Assembly: GCF_947499265.1 (NCBI RefSeq)
Contig: NZ_CANMNK010000005.1
Location: forward strand, 244,173 to 308,172
Reading direction: 5' to 3'
Source of the DNA: an uncultured Roseobacter sp.
GTDB lineage: Bacteria; Pseudomonadota; Alphaproteobacteria; Rhodobacterales; Rhodobacteraceae
Length of the DNA stretch: 64,000 nucleotides
Both the position numbers and the translations under genes were made by a program. A model generated the notes under the pieces. It saw nothing but the letters and a program-made list of their open reading frames with translations. It did not search any database and had not been told where the DNA came from. Shown in pieces: positions 29,240 through 37,958 of the stretch (positions within the stretch are counted from its first letter, which is position 1; every line of letters begins with the position of its first letter).

Positions 29240-29847
29240 TGCCCCTCATCGAACATGCCACCAGCATTCTGCTGCTCTGGGCCCTGATTGGCTACCTGCT
29301 GGGGTCGATCCCCTTTGGCATGGTTCTGGCCAACGTGATGGGTCTCGGTAACCTGCGCGACATCGGGTCAGGCAACATCGGTGCCACCAATGTGCTGCGC
29401 ACCGGCAACAAGACCGCCGCGGCGCTCACGCTCGTCCTGGATGGCGGCAAAGGGGCGGCTGCGGTCTTGCTGGCACGCGCCTTTGGCGGCGAGGACACCG
29501 CCCAGATCGCCGGGCTGATGGCCATGATCGGGCATTGCTACCCGGTCTGGCTGCGGTTCGCCGGCGGCAAGGGGGTTGCGACGTTTCTGGGCATCATGCT
29601 CGCGCTCAGCCTGCCTGTCGGGATCGGGTGCTGTATCGCCTGGCTGATCGGCGCGCTGCTCTGGCGCATCTCTTCCATGGGAGCGCTTGTCTCTGCCGCC
29701 GCCTCGACATTTCTATTGGTCTTCCTCGGAAAGGGCGAAGCGGTGGTTCTGGGGGGACTGCTGACGGTGATCGTTCTATGGCGGCACCGCGCCAACATCG
29801 CTCGCCTGCGCGCAGGCACCGAGCCAAAAATCGGCCAGAAATCGTGA
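29239..29847 (+). CDS. plsY: Glycerol-3-phosphate acyltransferase PlsY
   Basis: GYLLGSIPFGMVLA...GSGNIGATNVLRTG...GGKGVATFLG. 202 aa. Confidence 0.92.
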   Translation: MPLIEHATSILLLWALIGYLLGSIPFGMVLANVMGLGNLRDIGSGNIGATNVLRTGNKTAAALTLVLDGGKGAAAVLLARAFGGEDTAQIAGLMAMIGHCYPVWLRFAGGKGVATFLGIMLALSLPVGIGCCIAWLIGALLWRISSMGALVSAAASTFLLVFLGKGEAVVLGGLLTVIVLWRHRANIARLRAGTEPKIGQKS

Positions 29848-30131
29848 CACCCGCCCCGCACGCGGGGGTTGAAGCCGCCCTGCTGGCCCTTCCAACCGGT
29901 GTGTTCAGGGGTCAGACGGGAAACCGCAGATATGTTGTGTCCAAGACCCTGTTCAACAGCGGAAAGTCCCTCAAGCTGGTCGCCGAAGAACTGGGTGGAA
30001 ACGACTATATCAGCCTGAATTTCTACCGGCTGCACAAGGGTGCGCGGCTTTACCCTTGCGAAATGAGCGCGCAAAAAGTGAGCGATTTCATCCTGAACCT
30101 GCGGCCCCAAACGGATCAGGACGACGCGTAA
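29844..30131 (+). CDS. Hypothetical small protein
   Basis: In-frame tail of ORF 29535-30131. GTG at 29844 overlaps the plsY stop (GTGA) and gives 95 aa (VTPAPHAGVEAALLALPTGVF...). The N-terminal part of the tracked ORF overlaps plsY and is not credible. Confidence 0.4.
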   Translation: MTPAPHAGVEAALLALPTGVFRGQTGNRRYVVSKTLFNSGKSLKLVAEELGGNDYISLNFYRLHKGARLYPCEMSAQKVSDFILNLRPQTDQDDA

Positions 30132-30502
30132 CTGCCGTCGGGTCCGTGCACCTCATCGCCCTGCAGCGCGGGTGAGAACACGCAGATCAGGTGGAAGGGT
30201 TCCGTCCCATCGTTGCGCACCTCATGCCGGTCATGCGCGTCCGGGGCATAGAGGACGCCCGGCGTGATGTGGTGCACGGTGCCACTGTCAAGCTCGGTGA
30301 CCGTGCCCGCGCCGCCAATGCAATAGCAGGCCTCGACGTGGTTCTTGTATTCCAGCGTCAATACCGCCCCCGGAAGCACCCGCGTCTCGGTCATGGAAAA
30401 CCCCATACCGTCCGATTTGACCAGCAGACGCAGGCTGGTCCAGCCGGGCCCCGATGCGTCACGCGATGTGCCCTCCAAATCAGACTTATGTGCCGTAATC
30501 AT
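30116..30502 (-). CDS. ectC: Solitary ectoine synthase-like cupin (EctC-type)
   Basis: LEYKNHVEACYCIGGAGTV and HLICVFSPALQGDEVHGPDGSY match EctC segments (HYKNH.EAVYCI.G.G.V; ACVF.P.L.G.E.H..DGSY). 128 aa. No ectA or ectB in the window. Confidence 0.8.
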   Translation of the reverse strand: MITAHKSDLEGTSRDASGPGWTSLRLLVKSDGMGFSMTETRVLPGAVLTLEYKNHVEACYCIGGAGTVTELDSGTVHHITPGVLYAPDAHDRHEVRNDGTEPFHLICVFSPALQGDEVHGPDGSYASS

Positions 30503-30576
30503 GTCCGCATCCTTTCCGCGCTAATCACATGTTTTGATCATTGCATGGCGCGCCGGGTCATGCCACTTCTGAACCT

Positions 30577-31515
30577 ATGACACATGCGTTGACCAGCCTC
30601 GATGGCACCCCCGCAAGCCGCCTTGCCTTTGGCACCATGCAATTTGGCGGGCGGGCCGATGAAACCGCTGCGCGCGAGATGTTCGAAGCCTCCATCGCGG
30701 GCGGCATCACCCATTTCGACACCGCCTATGTTTATAACGACGGCGCGTCAGAGGAAATTCTGGGCGGGTTGCTGCGGGACCAGCGTGACCGCCTGATCAT
30801 CGCGACCAAAGCCGCCTACACCGGGGGCGGATCAAAACAGAACATCCAGGACTCCTTCGCGATTTCGCGCAAACGTCTGAACCTCGATGTGGTCGATATC
30901 CTCTACATGCACCGCTTCGACCCTGATACGGACCTGCATGAGAGCATGGAGGCGCTGGCCGAGCTGAAACAGCAGGGTCTGATCCGCTACGTGGGCGTGT
31001 CGAACTTCGCCGCCTGGCAGGTGGTCAAAGCCATCACCATCGCCGCGAAATTCGACATAACAGTCGATATCCTGCAACCGATGTACAACCTCGTGAAGCG
31101 GCAGGCGGAGGTGGAAATCCTGCCCATGTGCGCCGATCAGGGCGTGGCCTGTGCGCCTTATTCCCCGTTGGGGGGCGGGCTGCTGACCGGGAAGTACAAC
31201 GCCGGCAAAGGCGGACGTCTGACCGAAGATGATCGCTACGCTGCGCGCTACGGCCTTGACTGGATGCATGCGGCTGCGGTCGGGCTCAGTGACGTCGCTG
31301 CGGAAATCGGTGTCAACGCGGCAACCTTGGCCGTGGCCTGGGCCGCTGCACATCCGATGGGGCCAACGCCAATCATATCCGCACGCACAGCTCAGCAACT
31401 TGAACCATCATTGGCCGCGCTGGACTATCAGATGAGCGATGATCTTTATGATCGCTTGGCGGCTCTCAGCCCCACACCACCGCCCGCCACGGATCGGATC
31501 GAAGAACAGCAATGA
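30577..31515 (+). CDS. Aldo/keto reductase
   Basis: LAFGTMQFGGRADE, THFDTAYVYNDGASEEILG, YVGVSNFAAWQ. Start trimmed to ATG 30577. Confidence 0.85.
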   Translation: MTHALTSLDGTPASRLAFGTMQFGGRADETAAREMFEASIAGGITHFDTAYVYNDGASEEILGGLLRDQRDRLIIATKAAYTGGGSKQNIQDSFAISRKRLNLDVVDILYMHRFDPDTDLHESMEALAELKQQGLIRYVGVSNFAAWQVVKAITIAAKFDITVDILQPMYNLVKRQAEVEILPMCADQGVACAPYSPLGGGLLTGKYNAGKGGRLTEDDRYAARYGLDWMHAAAVGLSDVAAEIGVNAATLAVAWAAAHPMGPTPIISARTAQQLEPSLAALDYQMSDDLYDRLAALSPTPPPATDRIEEQQ

Positions 31516-32582
31516 CGGACATCCTCGTCATTGGCGGGGGGATTGCTGGCCTTTCTGCCGCGGCGCGTTTGTCCGAAGGCGCGCAGGTCACTGTCATTGA
31601 GGCGGAAACAGCGCTCGGCTATCACGCCTCTGGCCGGTCCGCGGCGCTGATCGAGCAGAATTACGGAGCCCCCAGCGTTCAGGCGTTGAACCGGGCCAGT
31701 GTCGATTTTCTGCAGGATGGTGGGTATCTCAGCCCGCGCGGCTTGATGATCATTGCGCAAGCCCATGAGCGCGCCGCCTACGAACAAGACATCGCAACAC
31801 TGGGCACGACACCGATTACCATAGAGGAGGCCTGCGCGTTTGTGCCTGTGCTGGACCGGGCAAAGCTGGCCTTTGCCGCCTACCACGACGATGCTCAGGA
31901 CATCGACACGGACCTCTTGCTGCAGGATTTTGCCCGTACCCTGCGCCAGAATGGCGGCACGGTGATCACCGGCAGCCGCGTGAACGCGATTGTTCGGGAA
32001 AATGGGTGCTGGCACGTGAGCGCGGGCGACAGAACAGAGGTTGCGCCGACCCTGGTCAATGCGGCGGGGGCCTGGGCGGATCAAGTCGCACAGATGGCGG
32101 GTGTTGCAGCGCTGAACATCGTGCCCCATCGCCGATCCATGGCCCGCATCCCCGCCCCCGGCGATCACGACGTCAGCACTTGGCCAATGTTTTTCGGCGT
32201 CAATGAAAGCTGGTACGCGAAACCCGATGCCGGGCATCTGCTGGTCTCCCCCGCGGATGAAGATCCGGTGGCACCCCATGACGCCTGGGCCGAAGACCTG
32301 ACGCTGGCGCAAGGGCTGGCGCTCTATGAGGAGATGGTCACGGAACCGGTTACGCGCCTGCAATCGAGCTGGGCGGGCCTGCGCAGTTTCGCACCCGACA
32401 GGTCGCTTGTTCTGGGGCGCGAGCCTGCAATGCCCGACTTTATCTGGTGTGCGGCGCAGGGAGGGTATGGCATGCAAACCGCCCCTGCCGCATCGCGTCT
32501 GCTTGCGGATATCGTGCTGGGAAGATCATCCGAATTGGACGCTGAAACACGTGCGGCGCTGACCCCGGACAGGCTGCGATGA
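31512..32582 (+). CDS. FAD-dependent oxidoreductase (DAO family)
   Basis: DILVIGGGIAGLSAAARL dinucleotide fold. 356 aa. ATGA overlap with the AKR gene. Confidence 0.8.
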   Translation: MTDILVIGGGIAGLSAAARLSEGAQVTVIEAETALGYHASGRSAALIEQNYGAPSVQALNRASVDFLQDGGYLSPRGLMIIAQAHERAAYEQDIATLGTTPITIEEACAFVPVLDRAKLAFAAYHDDAQDIDTDLLLQDFARTLRQNGGTVITGSRVNAIVRENGCWHVSAGDRTEVAPTLVNAAGAWADQVAQMAGVAALNIVPHRRSMARIPAPGDHDVSTWPMFFGVNESWYAKPDAGHLLVSPADEDPVAPHDAWAEDLTLAQGLALYEEMVTEPVTRLQSSWAGLRSFAPDRSLVLGREPAMPDFIWCAAQGGYGMQTAPAASRLLADIVLGRSSELDAETRAALTPDRLR

Positions 32583-33235
32583 CCTCCAAGCTACCCCCAA
32601 ACGCCAGCGTTGCGGCCCGTCTGGAGGGGGCGAAACTGCACGCGCCCGCTGCCGCCCGCAATGCGGAATTCCTCTGTGATCTGCTGCGTGCGCACGCGCC
32701 CAAATCCGGTCAGGCGCTCGAAATCGCCAGTGGGACCGGCCAGCATGTCACAGCCTTTGCCAGCGCCATGCCCGGTCTGAGATGGCACCCCACCGAGGTC
32801 GATGCCGCGCGCATCTCCAGCATCGATGCCTATGTGCAGGACGCGGGCCTCGGGAACGTCGCGCCCGCGCGGATGCTGGATGCCACGCAAGCCGATTGGC
32901 ATCGCCAGGCGGGTCAAAAAGACCTGATCGTGTTGATCAACCTGCTGCATCTCATCCCAGAGCAACCCGCCATCACACTTGTGACCGAGGCGATGCGCGC
33001 GCTTTCGCCCGGGGGCATATTCATCCTTTACGGGCCTTTCAAGCGAAACGGTGCTTTGACCAGTGATGGTGATGCACGTTTTGACGCCGACTTGCGCGCC
33101 GCGGATCCCGCCATAGGGTACAAGAACGATCAGGACCTTTGCGCCTGGCTGGAATTGGCAGGCGCGCACCCCCTCAAGCGTATCGAGATGCCAGCCAATA
33201 ACCTTGCCTTTGTCGCGACGAAGCCGGAGCCCTAG
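32579..33235 (+). CDS. Class I SAM-dependent methyltransferase-like protein (DUF938-like)
   Basis: ALEIASGTGQHV SAM-binding motif. 218 aa. ATGA overlap with the upstream gene. Confidence 0.7.
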   Translation: MTSKLPPNASVAARLEGAKLHAPAAARNAEFLCDLLRAHAPKSGQALEIASGTGQHVTAFASAMPGLRWHPTEVDAARISSIDAYVQDAGLGNVAPARMLDATQADWHRQAGQKDLIVLINLLHLIPEQPAITLVTEAMRALSPGGIFILYGPFKRNGALTSDGDARFDADLRAADPAIGYKNDQDLCAWLELAGAHPLKRIEMPANNLAFVATKPEP

Positions 33236-35724
33236 CCATCCACGCGGATGCGCTCATTGTTCGGATCATAGGGGCTGTCTTCGACCACCTCGGCATCCCA
33301 CAATTGATCGAACATCTTGACCTTGAGCTTGGTGCCCTGCACCGCCAGTTCCGGGGTCACATACCCCATGCCAATGCTTTTGCCGAAGGCCACGGAATAC
33401 CCGCCCGAGGTCAGGCGCCCAACCCGTGTATCGCCATGGTAGAGCGCTTCACGCCCCCAGGGGTCCGCGTCAGAGGGTCCGTCGATCAGCAGGGTCACGC
33501 ATTTTGACCGCACACCGGTGGCCTGCATCCGCTCCTTGCCGTGGAATTCCTTGGAGAGGTCAACAAACCGTGGCAGGTCTGCCTCCAGCGGTGTTGCATC
33601 CCGGCCCAGCTCGGTGCCAAAGGCGCGATATGATTTTTCCTGCCGCAGCCAGTTCTGCGCCCGCGCGCCCACCAGTTTCATACCATGCGTCGCCCCGGCC
33701 TTTTCCAGCAGGTCAAAGAGATAGTTCTGCATCTCGATCGGGTGGTGCAGCTCCCAGCCCAATTCGCCGGTATAGGCCACACGGATAGCCCGCACCGGGC
33801 ACATGCCCAGCTCGATCTGGCGCATGGACAGCCAGGGGAACCGCTTGTTCGACAGGGCCGTCGCCGGGTCTGCGTCCTTGATCACCGATTGCAGCACATC
33901 ACGCGCTTTCGGTCCGGCAATGGCAAAAACACCCCATTGCGTGGTCACATCCTGCTCGTTGATGCGGCCGAACTCTTCCTCTTTCTCCATGATGGTCTTG
34001 TAGAGGTAATCCTGATCATAGGCGTGCCAGGCCCCCGCAGACACCAGATAATAGTCATCTTCGGCCAGCCGCACGATGGTGTATTCGGTCCGCGTCGTGC
34101 CGTGGCTGGTCAGCGCATAGGTCAGATTGATGCGCCCGACTTTCGGCAGCTTGTTGGTTGTGAACCAATCGAGGAAACCGGTTGCCCCCGGCCCGCTGAT
34201 CCGGTGTTTGGTGAAGGCCGTGGCGTCAATCAGGCCAACCCCTTCGCGGATCGCTTTGGCCTCTTCGACCGCATATTGCCACCAACCGCCGCGCCGGAAC
34301 GAGCGGCTGTCGTGATCGCTGAAGCCTTCGGGCGCATAATAGTTCGGACGCTCCCATCCGTTGACCCAACCAAACTGTGCACCGCGTGCCGCCTGCCGGT
34401 CGTAAGCCGGTGAGGTGCGCAGGGGACGGCACGCCGGGCGCTCCTCGTCGGGGTGGTGCAGGATATAGACGTGGTTGTAGGCTTCCTCGTTCTTGCGCGC
34501 GGCAAACTCCGTGGTCATCCAGTCGCCGTAACGCTTGGGATCGAGCGAGGCCATGTCGATCTCGGCCTCGCCGTCGACCATCATCTGCGCGAGGTAATAC
34601 CCGGTGCCACCCGCCGCGGTGATCCCGAAGGAGAAGCCCTCAGCCAGCCACATATTTGTCAGCCCCGGTGCCGGGCCCACCAGCGGATTGCCGTCGGGCG
34701 TATAGCAGATCGGCCCGTTGAAATCGTCTTTCAACCCGCAATCCTCGCAGGATGGGATGCGGTGGTTCATCGCCATGTATTGATCTTCGATCCGCTCCAG
34801 ATCGAGCTGAAAGAGGTCGGCGCGGAAACTGTCCGGCACACCGTATTCAAACCGTGCAGGCGCGCCTTTTTCGTAGACGCCCAAAATCCAGCCGCCGCGT
34901 TCTTCGCGCACGTAGGATTGCGCATCGGCATCGCGGACAACGGGGTGTTCGACATTGCCCTCGGCGCGGAATTTCACCAGTTCCGGATCCTGATCCATCA
35001 CGATGAATTGGTGCTCGACCGGGATCGCAGGCATCTTGATCCCAAGCATCTTCGCCGTGCGTTGCGCGTGGTTGCCCGAGGCGGTCACCACATGTTCCGC
35101 AGTGATCACGATCTGCTCGTCGGTGGGCACAAGATTGCCGCCCTTTTCGGCCATCTTCGTCGCGGTCACCTCCCAATGGGTGCCGTTCCAGTGAAAGGCA
35201 TCCGCCTGCCATTTCCGCTCGATCATCACGCCGCGTTGCCGCGCACCCTTGGCCATCGCCATGGTCACATCCGCCGGGTTTATGTAGCCATCGGTGTGGT
35301 GGTAGAGCGCGCCCTTGAGGTCTTCCGTGCGAATGAGCGGCCATTTTTCCTTGATCTCATCCGGCGTCATCCACTGGTAGGGCACGCCGCAGGTTTCGGC
35401 TGTGGAGGCGTAGAGCATGTATTCATCCATGCGCTCCTGCGTTTGCGCCATGCGCAGGTTGCCCACCACAGCAAACCCCGCGTTGAGCCCGGTTTCCTCC
35501 TCCAGCGTCTTGTAGAAGCGGATCGAATAATCATGAATATGCGTGGTGGCATAGGACATGTTGAAATAGGGCAGCAGCCCCGCCGCGTGCCAGGTGGAGC
35601 CGGAGGTCAGCTCGTCCCGCTCCAGCAGCATCACATCGTCCCATCCCGCGCGCGCCAGATGATAGGCAATGGAGGTGCCGACAGCACCGCCGCCAACGAC
35701 AAGGGCTTTTACCTGGGTTTTCAT
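33232..35724 (-). CDS. Dimethylglycine/sarcosine dehydrogenase-family enzyme (FAD DAO domain fused to GcvT folate-binding domain)
   Basis: 830 aa. N-terminal ALVVGGGAVGTSIAYHLA...GSTWHAAGL and a C-terminal aminomethyltransferase-like region (YTGELGWELH). Confidence 0.85.
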   Translation of the reverse strand: MKTQVKALVVGGGAVGTSIAYHLARAGWDDVMLLERDELTSGSTWHAAGLLPYFNMSYATTHIHDYSIRFYKTLEEETGLNAGFAVVGNLRMAQTQERMDEYMLYASTAETCGVPYQWMTPDEIKEKWPLIRTEDLKGALYHHTDGYINPADVTMAMAKGARQRGVMIERKWQADAFHWNGTHWEVTATKMAEKGGNLVPTDEQIVITAEHVVTASGNHAQRTAKMLGIKMPAIPVEHQFIVMDQDPELVKFRAEGNVEHPVVRDADAQSYVREERGGWILGVYEKGAPARFEYGVPDSFRADLFQLDLERIEDQYMAMNHRIPSCEDCGLKDDFNGPICYTPDGNPLVGPAPGLTNMWLAEGFSFGITAAGGTGYYLAQMMVDGEAEIDMASLDPKRYGDWMTTEFAARKNEEAYNHVYILHHPDEERPACRPLRTSPAYDRQAARGAQFGWVNGWERPNYYAPEGFSDHDSRSFRRGGWWQYAVEEAKAIREGVGLIDATAFTKHRISGPGATGFLDWFTTNKLPKVGRINLTYALTSHGTTRTEYTIVRLAEDDYYLVSAGAWHAYDQDYLYKTIMEKEEEFGRINEQDVTTQWGVFAIAGPKARDVLQSVIKDADPATALSNKRFPWLSMRQIELGMCPVRAIRVAYTGELGWELHHPIEMQNYLFDLLEKAGATHGMKLVGARAQNWLRQEKSYRAFGTELGRDATPLEADLPRFVDLSKEFHGKERMQATGVRSKCVTLLIDGPSDADPWGREALYHGDTRVGRLTSGGYSVAFGKSIGMGYVTPELAVQGTKLKVKMFDQLWDAEVVEDSPYDPNNERIRVDG

Positions 35725-35855
35725 GCGCCGAATCCTCTGTCTTGCGAAGTTGCCCTATTTCTAGAAAACACCTGAGCGTCCTCGCTCTGCCCAGCCGACC
35801 GCAAAGCGCGCAAAAACGACTTTTCCCACGCCGCGCTTCGGCAAAATGCGACTGC

Positions 35856-36530
35856 CTAGGGCGACACCCTGGAAAAAACAGCGCGCCCGATCGGGCGCAA
35901 CCCGTCGGCTTGCAAAAACGCGGGGTGGGTCAGGAGCCTGATGGATTGGCGCGGCTGCGTGGGCAGGTTGGGCCCGCTGTAGGTCTGCCCACTGTCCGCC
36001 CCCGCATCCCAGACCCAAAGAGGCACCGTGAGATTTTCACGCCAGCCTTCCGGGATCTTCAGGGAGACATTGCTCACACCGCTGAACCAATCCGGGCTGG
36101 GCGCCAGCATGGTCGCGAATGAAACCTGATCGTGTTTCTCCGACAGTGCGAGGGTAAATTCAAATGTGCCGCGTCCCGCGTCGGTTCCCGGCAGGATGAC
36201 GGGCGCAGCGGCGCGGCCCCGGCGCGCGGCCTCCGCCACCTCAGCTTCCAAGACCGTCACACGCCCGTTTGTCGCGACCAGCGCCAGACCGCTGGAGGCG
36301 GTATCCCCATCCCGGAACAGGGTGTAGCGACCCGAATGTGCGAAAGCGATCAACCGGGACCAATGGGCATCGTCTGGCGGAGAAAGGGCTGTGTCTTCCG
36401 ACCAATTCAACGTGACCTTGACGTCGTACACCACCTCATCCGCCGAAGCAGCGGTTGTGCAACACCACAAGGCAGCAACAAGCATGCCCGTCATCGCAGA
36501 TCTGAAAGAGACCGGTTTGGGCTCAGTCAT
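35856..36530 (-). CDS. Spondin-N domain secreted protein
   Basis: AHWSRLIAFAHSG, LAPSPDWFSGV and VWDAGADSG reproduce the conserved blocks of the spondin N-terminal domain. N-terminal hydrophobic signal/anchor. Confidence 0.7.
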   Translation of the reverse strand: MTEPKPVSFRSAMTGMLVAALWCCTTAASADEVVYDVKVTLNWSEDTALSPPDDAHWSRLIAFAHSGRYTLFRDGDTASSGLALVATNGRVTVLEAEVAEAARRGRAAAPVILPGTDAGRGTFEFTLALSEKHDQVSFATMLAPSPDWFSGVSNVSLKIPEGWRENLTVPLWVWDAGADSGQTYSGPNLPTQPRQSIRLLTHPAFLQADGLRPIGRAVFSRVSP

Positions 36531-37932
36531 CAGGGGAGAGAATTTTGCCAGGGTTCATGATGCCCTTGGGGTCCAAGGCCTGTTTGACCGCGCTCATGAC
36601 GTCGGTCGCGCCACCCAGTTCCTGCACAAGATATTTCTTCTTGCCCTGCCCGATGCCATGCTCGCCTGTACAGGTCCCATCCATCTTGATGGCCACTTCA
36701 TTCAGCCAGCCCACGAACAGCGTGGCACTCTCCAACTCCTCGGCATTCTCCATATCCACCAGCAAGGTGACGTGGAAATTCCCATCACCGGCATGACCGA
36801 CAATCAGCGCAACCAGCCCCAACTCTTCTGCCTTGCCCTGTGCCGCACCAACGCAATCGGCCAGCCGGGAAATGGGGACACAAACATCCGTTGCAATGGC
36901 CTTCGCACCCGGGCGGACCTGCAGCATCGCCCAATAGGCATCGTGGCGGGCCTGCCAGAGCTGGTTGCGCTCCTCTGTGGTGGTTGTCGCCGCATAACCC
37001 TGGCCGCCGTGATCCTCCGCCAAAGCACCAAAGATTTCGGCCTGTTCCACCACCCCCGCCTCTGTGCCATGAAACTCCAGCAGCAACAGTGGTGTCTCGG
37101 GCAGGTCGAGCTTGGAATAGGCATTCACAGCACCGACGGTTGCCGCATCCAAAAGCTCGATCCGCGCGACCGGCAGCCCATATTGGATCACGGCCATGAC
37201 CGTCTGGCAGGCAGCATCCACCGTCGGAAAGGAACAGCTTGCGGAGCTGATGGCCTCCGGAATGCCCTGCAGTTTCAAGGTGATCTCGGTAATGATCCCC
37301 AGTGTGCCTTCTGACCCCACCAACAGCCGCGTCAGATCATACCCCGCAGAAGACTTGCGCGCGCGGGTGCCGGTGCGGATGATTTTGCCATCGGGCATCA
37401 CCGCTTCCACGGCCAGCACATTGTCTTTCATTGTACCATAGCGCACGGCGTTGGTGCCTGACGCGCGCGTTGCGGCCATCCCCCCCAAAGAGGCGTCCGC
37501 GCCCGGATCGATGGGAAAAAACAGCCCCTGATCCCGCAGATGCGTGTTCAACGCCATCCGCGTGACGCCCGGCTGCACGCGACAGTCAAGATCGCTCGAA
37601 TTCACCTCCAGCACTTTGTCCATCTGGCTGACGTCAATACAGATACCCCCGGCGGGTGCGTTCACATGACCCTCCAGCGAGGTGCCGGTCCCGTAAGCAA
37701 TCACCGGGACCCGATGCTGCGCACAGGCGGCAACGATATCGGACACCTCCTGCGTGCTGGCCGCAAAGACAACGGCGTCAGGGGGTTGGTTTTCGATCCA
37801 TGTTGTCGTGTGCCCATGCTGTTCCCGGATCGCCTGCCCGGTCTGGAACCGCTCGCCGAATTGCTGTTTCAGCACGCCAAGAACGGTTTCGATACCGGTC
37901 TCGTTGCGCGGCAACGTCGCGTGATACACCAT
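36523..37932 (-). CDS. FAD-linked oxidase (D-lactate dehydrogenase / GlcD-like)
   Basis: 469 aa. FAD-binding PCMH domain (VIAYGTGTSLEGH) and C-terminal GTCTGEHGIGQGKKKYL. Confidence 0.85.
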   Translation of the reverse strand: MVYHATLPRNETGIETVLGVLKQQFGERFQTGQAIREQHGHTTTWIENQPPDAVVFAASTQEVSDIVAACAQHRVPVIAYGTGTSLEGHVNAPAGGICIDVSQMDKVLEVNSSDLDCRVQPGVTRMALNTHLRDQGLFFPIDPGADASLGGMAATRASGTNAVRYGTMKDNVLAVEAVMPDGKIIRTGTRARKSSAGYDLTRLLVGSEGTLGIITEITLKLQGIPEAISSASCSFPTVDAACQTVMAVIQYGLPVARIELLDAATVGAVNAYSKLDLPETPLLLLEFHGTEAGVVEQAEIFGALAEDHGGQGYAATTTTEERNQLWQARHDAYWAMLQVRPGAKAIATDVCVPISRLADCVGAAQGKAEELGLVALIVGHAGDGNFHVTLLVDMENAEELESATLFVGWLNEVAIKMDGTCTGEHGIGQGKKKYLVQELGGATDVMSAVKQALDPKGIMNPGKILSPDD

Positions 37933-37958
37933 AGTTTGCCTCCCCAGCGCGACCGATC

